Source: Candidatus Heimdallarchaeota archaeon (lineage in GTDB: Archaea > Asgardarchaeota > Heimdallarchaeia > Heimdallarchaeales > Heimdallarchaeaceae). From it: 24,000 bases of DNA. Below are positions 7,880-15,635 of the stretch, piece after piece. Under the pieces are notes generated by a model. It saw only the letters and a list, made by a program, of their open reading frames with translations, made no database searches and was not told the DNA's origin. Every line of letters starts with the position of its first letter. Position 1 is the stretch's first letter. The position numbers were made by a program, and so were the translations under genes. Location: NCBI GenBank assembly GCA_021399345.1, contig JAAFKI010000175.1:36453-60452 (forward strand), written 5' to 3'.

Positions 7880-9388
7880 TTATTCTTTGTCATAAATTCC
7901 TTTGTATGGTGCTCTTTCACCTTTCATATACCTCTTATGAGGATCTTTGATAAACCATGCAATAAGAATACCTATTGAGAAAAGTACAAGTAAACTTGCA
8001 AGTGCAATTCTCATTGGAATGGCTTGTTCAACTATTTCTGGAGATTGGAAGTAAGGATCAGTAAGGAAAATCACTAAACCAAATAAAAGAGGAGATACAA
8101 TTGCACTTACTCTTCCAGCTATTTTTTGGAAACCACCATATTGTGCAAGTTTTGAAGGTGGTGCAAGAACCATAATGAATTGTCTTCCAACTATCCAAAT
8201 TCCTCCAAAACCTATTCCAATGAATATCGCGCCAAACCATATTACCCAGGAAGGTATTGTGAATGCACCTACATCCAATCCACTTAGGACGAAAATGACT
8301 ATCGCAATAAACCAGGACATGGCAACTCCTAGGAATAGTTTTTTTGGTCCTAATCTATTCATAAGTCTTCCAACAAGAATACCAAAGATTATAGAAAATA
8401 CTATTCCTCCTAGAATAATATAGTTTGTCATTCCCTCAAGTGCGGGTCCACCCATAATTGAAACCACAGGTACCATATAGAGAATCGTTGTATTTGCAGC
8501 ATCTGTGATGAAAAACCAAGCTAAGAAGAACAACCATGAATTTCTGTCGGAGATAATTTCTTTAAGCGAAGTTTTGAAAGCAGTTAATGATGATTTCAAA
8601 TGCTCTCTTGGTGTCATCTTTTCCTCAGGAGGATTTTGTACCTCTTTATGGAAGAAGTAAGGAATGCTGATCAAAATTATGACGACAGCTGATACTACAA
8701 ATAAATATCTTAATCCGCCATAGTTTATAGTATTTGGATCAATAATTACTCCCCCTACTTCCCAGATTCCGGTATCTACTTGAGTATGTGGACCAAATAA
8801 GCTGGGAAGACCTATGACTATACTTATCATTATTGCAATTACTGAGCCAAAAGCTGCAAGTGCACCACCGATGGCCTGCATAAAACCTCTCTTTTCTGTT
8901 TCAGCAATGAAAGGAATTTGAGCGTCATAAAACATTCGACCTGCTTGATAACAGAAATTTGCAATAACAAATAGGATACATGCCCACCAAAAGTTTGCCC
9001 AAACTGTGATTAATGCGGTCGTGGTTACCATTATTCCTGCTGAAATAAGCACCGCTGGCTTTCTTTTCCCAACTTTATCTGAGATAGCACCCAAAATTGG
9101 TCCAAATATAGCAATCAAAAGATTTGAACCAGCCATAAATACAGACATTACAATAAATACTGTGGGGAACCTCCAACCCATTTGGACACCCAATAACAAA
9201 ACAAATGGAGTGAATGCTAAACTTATTACCGATTGTGAGAAGAAAGTATCAGCCATATCATAGCTATACCATAGCCAAGCATTTCGTGAACTTGTCTGTT
9301 TTGATTCTAAAGCAGTTTCTCTAATATCATTTTTATCTATAACAACTTCTTCATGTGACAATTTTTTCACCTTAAATATGTCTCTCAA
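7880..9388 (-). CDS. MFS transporter, UMF1 / Atg22-like family
   Basis: About 12 predicted TM segments. N-terminal AWLWYSYDMADTFF resembles the UMF1 signature (W.lYDwAnSay). There is no in-frame ATG upstream of this conserved block, so the start must be TTG (9388) or GTG (9370). Confidence 0.8.
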   Translation of the reverse strand: MRDIFKVKKLSHEEVVIDKNDIRETALESKQTSSRNAWLWYSYDMADTFFSQSVISLAFTPFVLLLGVQMGWRFPTVFIVMSVFMAGSNLLIAIFGPILGAISDKVGKRKPAVLISAGIMVTTTALITVWANFWWACILFVIANFCYQAGRMFYDAQIPFIAETEKRGFMQAIGGALAAFGSVIAIMISIVIGLPSLFGPHTQVDTGIWEVGGVIIDPNTINYGGLRYLFVVSAVVIILISIPYFFHKEVQNPPEEKMTPREHLKSSLTAFKTSLKEIISDRNSWLFFLAWFFITDAANTTILYMVPVVSIMGGPALEGMTNYIILGGIVFSIIFGILVGRLMNRLGPKKLFLGVAMSWFIAIVIFVLSGLDVGAFTIPSWVIWFGAIFIGIGFGGIWIVGRQFIMVLAPPSKLAQYGGFQKIAGRVSAIVSPLLFGLVIFLTDPYFQSPEIVEQAIPMRIALASLLVLFSIGILIAWFIKDPHKRYMKGERAPYKGIYDKE

Positions 9389-9474
9389 AGGAGAATATTG
9401 TTCAATTTGTACTAGTTTATTTTAAAGATTCACCTAAAATGTAAGAAAAATCAATTTTTTCGAGCTTTTCATTC

Positions 9475-10481
9475 TTAACGATGAAGTTTTTTCTCGAAAT
9501 CCCTAAGAGAAGGAGGAAGTTCATCATTCACAGTTACTTTACTGAACTCTAATGTTACTAACCCCATTAATCTCTCTCTTTTGGATTCATCTGTCTTCAT
9601 GAAGATGAATCGACTAAACGGCATTTCCGCAGCTATTTTTGGGTAAGTAATTTGATCATGGACTTTGTCTTGAGTGCCATTGATAACAAACACTTCTTTT
9701 GTTATTCCAGAAATATTGCCAAAGAGTTCAAAATCTCTTACAGATTCTGCAGCTTTCTTCCATTTCCAAGGTTCTGCATTAGCTATAAAATTTTCAGCTC
9801 TCTTTCTTTGGATTTTCTCATTCATACCTCTCATTTGAAGTCTTCTAAGTACAGGTTTCATCATCCTAATAGCAAATACAGGTAGGAAAGGAGTTACGTA
9901 TCTCAGAAACCATTTTGGAAACCATAGAGTATGCATAGGGTCATGAGTAATTACAGTAGGGGCATCAATAGTTCCATCTATTAAACCATGTAAAACTATT
10001 GCTCCACCCCAACAAGTACCAAAGAGAACAAAGTCATCTTTATCTAATTCTAGGAAATTAATCACATCTCGAATATCTTTAGCTTTTTGACTCATATCCA
10101 ATTTTGCTTTCTTTCTATCCAATTTACTACTTCTCTTCTCACGAGTTTCGACATAATAGCACTCAACCTTATCATGGATGACTTCATAAAAATCCACATA
10201 CCCCATTTCAGTTCCTCCCCAGCCAGGAACAAAAACTAAAGGACGTTTTGATATTGGATTGGCAGGTCTAAAATGATATATTCGAATTTCCCCATCATCA
10301 ACAGGAGCATAAGGATTTCAGTTGTACTACTCTCCCAAAAATCTGGAACATTTCTTTCAGTAGCTGTGAGCATCTCGTGAACTTGTTGTTCTAATTCAGG
10401 AGTTATATCAAGCACAGATTGTTCCTTCTGTAGAGTTTCGTCAATTGGTTTCTCCATGTACTTTTTCTCGAAAACACTCAT
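9475..10481 (-). pseudogene. Alpha/beta-hydrolase, split by a 1-nt frameshift into ORFs 10236..10481 and 9475..10206
   Basis: The 9475..10206 frame stays open upstream to 10317. That stretch encodes NPYAPVDDGEIRIYHFRPANPISKRPLVFVPGWGGTE, a typical hydrolase N-terminus and oxyanion-loop region with no start codon. The upstream ORF (MSVFEKKY...SSTTE) joins it if one extra A is added to the A-run (minus strand) at 10316-10318. Nucleophile elbow GTCWGG (Cys in place of Ser). Confidence 0.6.
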
Positions 10482-10633
10482 TATTAAACTTGTTATTCAC
10501 CTAAATTAATAAATAATATGACCAATCTGAAAAGTGTTCTAGATTACAAGGAAAAATAGTCTCCACCTTATTAGAAGAGTTAGTATCTTTGAAAATAACC
10601 TTGTTGTTTAGGTCACTTTCTGGTCAAGGGACC

Positions 10634-11098
10634 TTACTGCAAGGTTTTCTTCTTTCTAATAAATTTCATGACAAATATAGAACCGATTGCTATGATAAGA
10701 GAAGTAGCTAGAAGTATTAAGAAGAAAATAAAGTCAGCATCACTATTATTAAGAATTATTGAGTATTTATCGAGAATAAAGTAAACGCCAATTCCAATAG
10801 CAACAATTCCCAAAGCTGAAGACATGAAGACTAAGATATTCAAACTTCTTTTCTGACTATGTTGAGCACCATAATAAACAAATAAAGCACAAATTATTGG
10901 AATCGGAACTTCAAAAAACCAAACTCCATTAGGCATTTGCTTAAAGAAATCTTCAACAAAATCAAAAGCTGATTCCATGCTTGTAAGTAAAAGAAAAACC
11001 AATGTTACAGTATAAACAAGTGCTAAAACAGCTGAAATCCATGGAGGTGTTTTAATTTTGGGATTGGATTTTAGATTTTGTACTTCTTCTATACTCAT
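10634..11098 (-). CDS. Membrane protein (about 4 TM), unknown function
   Basis: Hydrophobic segments and a C-terminal KFIRKKK anchor. ATG at 11098 preferred over GTG at 11113. Confidence 0.5.
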   Translation of the reverse strand: MSIEEVQNLKSNPKIKTPPWISAVLALVYTVTLVFLLLTSMESAFDFVEDFFKQMPNGVWFFEVPIPIICALFVYYGAQHSQKRSLNILVFMSSALGIVAIGIGVYFILDKYSIILNNSDADFIFFLILLATSLIIAIGSIFVMKFIRKKKTLQ

Positions 11099-11216
11099 AT
11101 AGTTTTGCACCACTATTAGATTGAAGTGAGTTGCATTAAATAAATTCTTGGTGTGAGATGTTGTCTCATCATTATGTATATAAAATGCAAGGTAAGGTTA
11201 AACTTCGGAGATTTAA

Positions 11217-11690
11217 ATGACTAAAGCAAGAGTTGAAACTAACAAGGGAACTTTTACAATAGAATTCTTTGATGACCAAACACCTAATACTGTCAAGAAC
11301 ATTGTTTCATTGGCACAATCAGGTTTCTATAATGGAGTTAAATTCCATAGAGTTATACCAGATTTTGTTGTTCAAGGAGGAGATCCTACAGGAACAGGTG
11401 GAGGTGGACCTGGATACCAAATCGCTGATGAGGTAAATAATCCAGTACAAATACATGTTCTAGGAGCTCTAAGTATGGCCAATTCTGGACCAAATACAAA
11501 TGGATCACAGTTTTTTATTGTGTTGAATCCTAATAGTTGTAAGCACTTGAATAACAAACATACTGTTTTTGGTAAAGTTGTTGATGGAATGAATGTGGTT
11601 AATAGGATAAATCAAGGAGATCATATGATCAAAGTAACAGTTGAGGAAGAATCAGATTTAATCAAGAACCATCAACTCAAGAAACTATAG
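11217..11690 (+). CDS. Peptidyl-prolyl cis-trans isomerase, cyclophilin type
   Basis: FHRVIPDFVVQGGDPTGTGGGGPGY, SMANSGPNTNGSQFFI, HTVFGKV. GGAG lies 9 nt upstream of the ATG. Confidence 0.95.
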   Translation: MTKARVETNKGTFTIEFFDDQTPNTVKNIVSLAQSGFYNGVKFHRVIPDFVVQGGDPTGTGGGGPGYQIADEVNNPVQIHVLGALSMANSGPNTNGSQFFIVLNPNSCKHLNNKHTVFGKVVDGMNVVNRINQGDHMIKVTVEEESDLIKNHQLKKL

Positions 11691-11710
11691 TAAGGTCAAA
11701 AAGCCAATTA

Positions 11711-11741
11711 ATTATTTTTCTTATTCTATTTTTTATTTTTC
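11711..11741 (+). terminator. Oligo-T terminator after the cyclophilin gene
   Basis: attatttttcttattctattttttattttt: several T5-T6 runs, typical of archaeal intrinsic termination. Confidence 0.4.
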
Positions 11742-11749
11742 AAATTAGT

Positions 11750-11771
11750 AAAATGATGATAAAAGAGAAAA
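11750..11771 (-). terminator. Oligo-T tract immediately 3' of the tRNA
   Basis: The minus strand reads TTTTCTCTTTTATCATCATTTT directly after the encoded CCA. Confidence 0.4.
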
Positions 11772-11885
11772 TGGTGGCTTGAGGGGGTCTCGATCCCCCG
11801 ACTTCGAGATAGCTCATCTTCGACATTCTAGCCCTTATTATACAAGATTATGAGTCTCGCACTCTGCCGACTGAGTTACCAAGCC
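11772..11885 (-). tRNA. tRNA with anticodon CAT (elongator Met, or agmatidine-type Ile2), 38-nt intron at 37/38, CCA encoded
   Basis: Minus strand folds as a cloverleaf. Acceptor GGCTTGG/TCAAGCC (G7:U66). D arm ACTC-AGTCGGCA-GAGT. Anticodon stem CGAGA/TCTCG with loop CTCATA|A. Variable loop AAGTC. T arm GGGGG-ATCGAGA-CCCCC. Discriminator A plus CCA. 114 nt minus the 38-nt intron gives 76 nt. Confidence 0.9.
11811..11848 (-). other. tRNA intron (canonical 37/38 position) with hBHBh' splicing motif
   Basis: Intron is ATCTTGTATAATAAGGGCTAGAATGTCGAAGATGAGCT. Central 4-bp helix pairs CTCA (nt 32-35) with intron TGAG. The 3-nt bulges are T36 A37|A and C T|A38. Inner helix TCTT/AAGA. Confidence 0.8.
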
Positions 11886-11991
11886 TTTTCTAAAATCTGA
11901 ACATGAAGTCTTATTTTTAATTCTTTTGTTCTTAATCATGCTTGAAATTCAGTGGAATGTTTATCATATTACTTAAGCTATAATTAAAACT

Positions 11992-12240
11992 ATGTCGAGA
12001 CGAAAATCAAAGGTTTATACTGATGAAAAAGGATACAAAAAATATAGTAATAGCAGCAAGCCGGTTCACAGACATCTTGCCGAGAAAAAATTGGGAAGAA
12101 AATTAGAACCCGGAGAGGTAGTGCATCACAAGAATAGAAATAAGCAAGATAATCGAAGAAGTAACTTATGGGTATTTAGAAGCCAGAAGGAGCATGACAG
12201 AGCACACAGAAAAGACAAGAAAAAATATGGTAGATGGTAA
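11992..12240 (+). CDS. Small stand-alone HNH endonuclease-like protein (82 aa, very basic)
   Basis: VHRHLAEKKLGRKLEPGEVVHHKNRNKQDNRRSNLWVFRSQKEHDRAH matches the HNH pattern (HH..N...DN...NL....H...H). By my count 27 K/R versus 9 D/E. Confidence 0.8.
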   Translation: MSRRKSKVYTDEKGYKKYSNSSKPVHRHLAEKKLGRKLEPGEVVHHKNRNKQDNRRSNLWVFRSQKEHDRAHRKDKKKYGRW

Positions 12241-12316
12241 AATATAACAATTGTTCCTGCTATAATGCAAAGTCCATTAGAATATTTCCTATATTACTTT
12301 TCAATAATACTTAAAC

Positions 12317-12571
12317 ATGCCAAAGGAAGGATATACTACAGGGAAGGAATCTAAAATCGTTAAAGACCAGGGTGTGAGTGACTACTATGTCATTGTCACT
12401 CGTGTTGAAAGAAGAGACTATCACTATAGAGTTAATGCAATCAATGAAGAACAAGCTATAGAATTTGCAGTTGATGAATATAATCCTATAACTGAAAAAG
12501 ATATCATCTCACTTGAAGATCAATTTGTTGAAACACTTGATTGGGAAGCTAGAGTGGAAGAAAATCTCTAA
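12317..12571 (+). CDS. Hypothetical acidic protein (84 aa)
   Basis: ORF with a TATA-like ctatattac about 29 nt upstream of the ATG. By my count 20 D/E versus 10 K/R. No recognisable motif. Confidence 0.5.
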   Translation: MPKEGYTTGKESKIVKDQGVSDYYVIVTRVERRDYHYRVNAINEEQAIEFAVDEYNPITEKDIISLEDQFVETLDWEARVEENL

Positions 12572-12588
12572 AAAACAAATTTCATTAA

Positions 12589-12771
12589 TCATAACCATTT
12601 ATTCAAAACTTCTTCTGCTCCTTGTAACAAATCCCCGAGCACTTTTCTATCTTCATTTTCTTCTAGTTCTACCTTTCTATTCTCCAGCCATCTAAAGAGA
12701 GTAGCACTTAGCTGTTCCTCGAGTTCAGATATAATTCCAAACTTAATTCCATAGTCTGATTCTTCTGCCAT
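12589..12771 (-). CDS. Hypothetical small helical acidic protein (60 aa from the ATG)
   Basis: ATG at 12771 (MAEESDYG...) has an AT-rich TATA-like box about 30 nt upstream. The 100-aa version in the ORF track requires a TTG start. Confidence 0.35.
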   Translation of the reverse strand: MAEESDYGIKFGIISELEEQLSATLFRWLENRKVELEENEDRKVLGDLLQGAEEVLNKWL

Positions 12772-12933
12772 TATACTCAACAAGTATTTTTTCAATATAT
12801 TCTCTTGTAATTCCCCGGTAGTATTAGGAAATAACGTTATTATTATCAAATAATTAATGGTGAAATTGGTTAACAAAGACAAAATTTGCAATTTTTAGAC
12901 TAAAATAAATAAAATAAAAATAGTAAAGGGCTA

Positions 12934-13608
12934 CTAATTTTGTTCTTTGTCCGCTGCTTGCGCTTCATCTACCTGTTCTTCGCCCTCTTGCACTTCATCT
13001 ACTTGTTCTTCGCCCTCTTGCACTTCATCTACTTGTTTTTTGCTCTTTTGCACTACTTTTAAGAATTGTTTACCAGTCTTCTGCATTTCTTTTACGAGTT
13101 CTTCGCCTTTGCCTATCTTGTATTTGCATGGAGTTGGAAATCGATCTGCTCCTCTTTTTAATGCATCGAGAGTTATATAGTAGTTTTCAACAGAAGTTCT
13201 AACAGTAACTAGTTCTTGTCCCTCTTTTACTCTTGCAGCTCTATCTGTTGGTTTTCCAAAAGATTTTCTCATTCCATCTTGAATTCTATCAGCACCTGCT
13301 ACTGCCATCATTTTATTTTCTCTTAGAATGTGATGTGGATGTATTCTAATTGTCATGTGATAGTTTTCAACTCCTAAGTGTCTTTGAAGGTGCCTATTAA
13401 CTGCGATTCTTGTAGCTTCTAGAGCAGTATGTCTAATCTGACATTTATCCTTTGAAACAAGATGAACATGTAAAGGAAAATCCCCTTGTCTATTTCCAGA
13501 ATCATATGCCCTGATTCTTGAGTCAGGTACTCCTCTAACATACTTTCCGACTCTTGTATTTGCCGGCCCTCTTACTCTTGTATAGCATCTCGCTGGTCTT
13601 TTACCCAT
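12934..13608 (-). CDS. rpl10e: 50S ribosomal protein uL16 (L10e) with a roughly 54-aa C-terminal extension
   Basis: MGKRPARCYTRVRGPANTRVGKYVRGVPDSRIR... is the L10e N-terminus. Start placed at that Met (13608), 17 nt after the uS7 stop. The conserved core ends near FPTPCKYKIGKGEEL. The tail is KEMQKTGKQFLKVVQKSKK(QVDEVQEGEE)x2QVDEAQAADKEQN. Confidence 0.95.
   Translation of the reverse strand: MGKRPARCYTRVRGPANTRVGKYVRGVPDSRIRAYDSGNRQGDFPLHVHLVSKDKCQIRHTALEATRIAVNRHLQRHLGVENYHMTIRIHPHHILRENKMMAVAGADRIQDGMRKSFGKPTDRAARVKEGQELVTVRTSVENYYITLDALKRGADRFPTPCKYKIGKGEELVKEMQKTGKQFLKVVQKSKKQVDEVQEGEEQVDEVQEGEEQVDEAQAADKEQN
12961..13050. repeat. Three tandem 30-bp units inside the uL16 3' end
   Basis: Plus strand: 12991-13020 is cacttcatctacttgttcttcgccctcttg. 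12961-12990 matches it at 28/30. 13021-13050 matches at 26/30 by hand alignment. Confidence 0.8.
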
Positions 13609-13624
13609 TTTTTTCAACCTTACC

Positions 13625-14194
13625 TTATCTAGCTGATAGAGCAATTCTCTCTATCTCTTGTTTCTTCTTAACTGCTGCGCTAGCTTGATCGCCAGTTGCT
13701 GCAACTATTAATTCCTCAGCAACAACTTCTTCAACACTTTTGATATTGTTGAAACTCTTTTGTTTTATCGCATTAGCCATGAATCGTAATGATAAGTCAA
13801 CCCTTCTCAGTGGTGATACATCAACTGCTATATGTTGTGCTACTCCACCATAAGTTAAACGAGTTGTTTCTTCTCTTGGTGCTACATTACAAATTGCATC
13901 TATAAGAACTTGAACAGGATTCTTCCCAGTTCTTTCGTGTATAATCTCAAATGCAACTCTAACAATGTTTATTGCTCTTTGCTTCTTTCCAGCATTCTTT
14001 CCTTTTTTCATTAATTTGTTAATGAATCTTTCAACGATATTCATTTCTGCTTTTTTGAAACGTTGAACTTGGTATCTTCCACCAGAATGAGGGAAATATA
14101 CTGGTTTAAGAGAGATGTATCTTTTTAACCCTACGTCAGATACCTCTACTTCACTTAAATCCCATTTACCGAAGAGCTTAATTTCGTCACTCAT
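13625..14194 (-). CDS. rps7: 30S ribosomal protein uS7
   Basis: Archaeal/eukaryotic-type S7/S5e sequence (KLFGKWDLSEVEVSDVGLKRYI...ERIALSAR). GAGG lies about 10 nt upstream of the ATG. Confidence 0.95.
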   Translation of the reverse strand: MSDEIKLFGKWDLSEVEVSDVGLKRYISLKPVYFPHSGGRYQVQRFKKAEMNIVERFINKLMKKGKNAGKKQRAINIVRVAFEIIHERTGKNPVQVLIDAICNVAPREETTRLTYGGVAQHIAVDVSPLRRVDLSLRFMANAIKQKSFNNIKSVEEVVAEELIVAATGDQASAAVKKKQEIERIALSAR

Positions 14195-14319
14195 TTTGAA
14201 TCCTCTTCAACTAATTTAGCAAGCCAAGTTTCGTTTAAAAATCTAATGTTGGAAGACAGAATACACTAAAGCAGTAATAGTTAAAGAATAAAAAAGAAGA
14301 AATCCCTCCTTAAATTCAT

Positions 14320-15369
14320 CTATACTTTTAATTTCATCATTACCCAGGGAGCAAGAAGAATAACTAATGGACCAAGAATTGCGTATCCTATCAAATCAAG
14401 TGTCAATTCTATTCCATTCCATCCAACATTAATAATTATTAAACCAAATAATTCAGATAAGCTGAAATAGAAAGCAGCAAAGAAGGCAGCACCTATTAAG
14501 ATTCTTGCAAGATACTTCCACCATTTGTCAATATCTGTATGAAAATTCACTAATTTACCTTCTATTGCATAGGATATAGAAACTGTTGTGAAGAGGGTTA
14601 TCAGTTTCAAAGATTCAGATATAAGCTCAGAATCATTTTCAACTCTATTGTATTGGAGGAAAATTACAGGTACTGCGAAAACAATGAACATTGCGATACA
14701 AAGAAGTATTTTAACAAATGTTGTTCTAGAATCTATAAAATTTTCAACTGGATCTTTGATAAGAAGGTATACTGCTAGGATTATTAACGCTATTCCAAGT
14801 CCCATAATCACATCTGTAAACCAATGTTCTCTGAGAGCAATTCTAGAAAAACCGATTAGAAATGCAAAAATTAATCCAACCACAACCATCCACCATTTTC
14901 TGATAAGAATCATCAAAGAACCCCAGAAAGTCGTACTCATCTGAGTATGACCACTTGGTATTCCTGATGAAATTTCATCAGCAGGTTGAAATAATGTTTC
15001 TTCCGGATTATGACCATATTGTAAACTTGTTTCTGGTCTATCTAAATTAAACGCAGCTTTAGTTGAAACGTTTATTACTGTTGAAGTTACCAACAAAATC
15101 ATTGCCCTGTAAGTCTTCTTTTTGTCATATAGATAATAAAATAGAAGCAAAATCCCAATATAAACTAAAGCTTCCCCAAGAAAGGAAATGATGTACATAA
15201 TCCCCCCAAATACTTTACTTCTATTGTTATAGAAGAAATTAGTTAGAGATTCATCAACAGGATTATTATGAGTTAAAGGGTTGAAACTGTATACTATGGT
15301 AATTGCCGCTACAATAGAAGCAACACCTATAGAAATCAAAGTAATAGCAATTACGTTACGTTTTTTCAT
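14320..15369 (-). CDS. PAP2-superfamily membrane phosphatase with extra C-terminal TM domain
   Basis: Three PAP2 motifs: KAAFNLDRP (Kx6RP), PSGH, SRIALREHWFTD (SRx5Hx3D). Multiple TM segments on both sides. Confidence 0.8.
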   Translation of the reverse strand: MKKRNVIAITLISIGVASIVAAITIVYSFNPLTHNNPVDESLTNFFYNNRSKVFGGIMYIISFLGEALVYIGILLLFYYLYDKKKTYRAMILLVTSTVINVSTKAAFNLDRPETSLQYGHNPEETLFQPADEISSGIPSGHTQMSTTFWGSLMILIRKWWMVVVGLIFAFLIGFSRIALREHWFTDVIMGLGIALIILAVYLLIKDPVENFIDSRTTFVKILLCIAMFIVFAVPVIFLQYNRVENDSELISESLKLITLFTTVSISYAIEGKLVNFHTDIDKWWKYLARILIGAAFFAAFYFSLSELFGLIIINVGWNGIELTLDLIGYAILGPLVILLAPWVMMKLKV

Positions 15370-15635
15370 AATTGCACAGTTTGATTACAGAAATAATTAA
15401 ACCCTTTGTGATAAGTTTTCTTCTACATAGCGCATTATTTTCGTATTATTTATGTGGTATTGTTTCAGACATGATCTATAGAATTCCCTTTCTCAAAGAT
15501 TCTCATCTTTTTTTCACAACCTACTTGGAATGGCAATTTGAATAATATATTTTATCACTCACCCTATCAAATTGAAACTATAATTATTGGGAAAAAATAA
15601 AATAGGATTAACAGAAGTACAGAGCTGTGATCAAA

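Noticed and set aside
8058-9263. Three ORFs (60-85 aa) inside or antisense to the MFS transporter. Similar shadow ORFs occur at 1161-1388, 1878-2078, 4492-4758, 5019-5219, 5669-5956, 9652-9885, 11372-11557, 12513-12695, 14588-14944, 15608-15805, 16271-16588, 16800-17072, 18617-18853, 21858-22070 and 22747-23945
   Set aside because: All overlap confidently assigned genes on the other strand or frame and have low-complexity, motif-free translations.
10239-10317. Programmed -1 ribosomal frameshift in the alpha/beta-hydrolase
   Set aside because: There is no X XXY YYZ slippery heptamer in the zero frame anywhere in the permissible window. A homopolymer indel is the simpler explanation.
12772-12891. 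100-aa version of the minus-strand ORF with a hydrophobic N-terminus
   Set aside because: It requires a TTG start immediately after the uL16 terminator. The internal ATG at 12771 has a better-placed AT-rich box, but neither version is well supported.
11886-12933. Integrated element using the tRNA as attachment site
   Set aside because: I found no direct repeat of the tRNA 3' segment by eye and no integrase. The small genes lie on the 5' side of the tRNA, whereas integration usually duplicates the 3' part. It is kept only as a possibility under the HNH finding.
12947-13180. 77-aa plus-strand ORF rich in Ser/Cys/Thr repeats (SSTCSSPSCTSSTC...)
   Set aside because: It is the antisense shadow of the uL16 acidic repeat; the periodicity comes from the same 30-bp units.
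13609-13644. 12-aa N-terminal extension of the uL16 ORF overlapping the uS7 stop
   Set aside because: The conserved L10e N-terminus begins exactly at MGKRPARCY.
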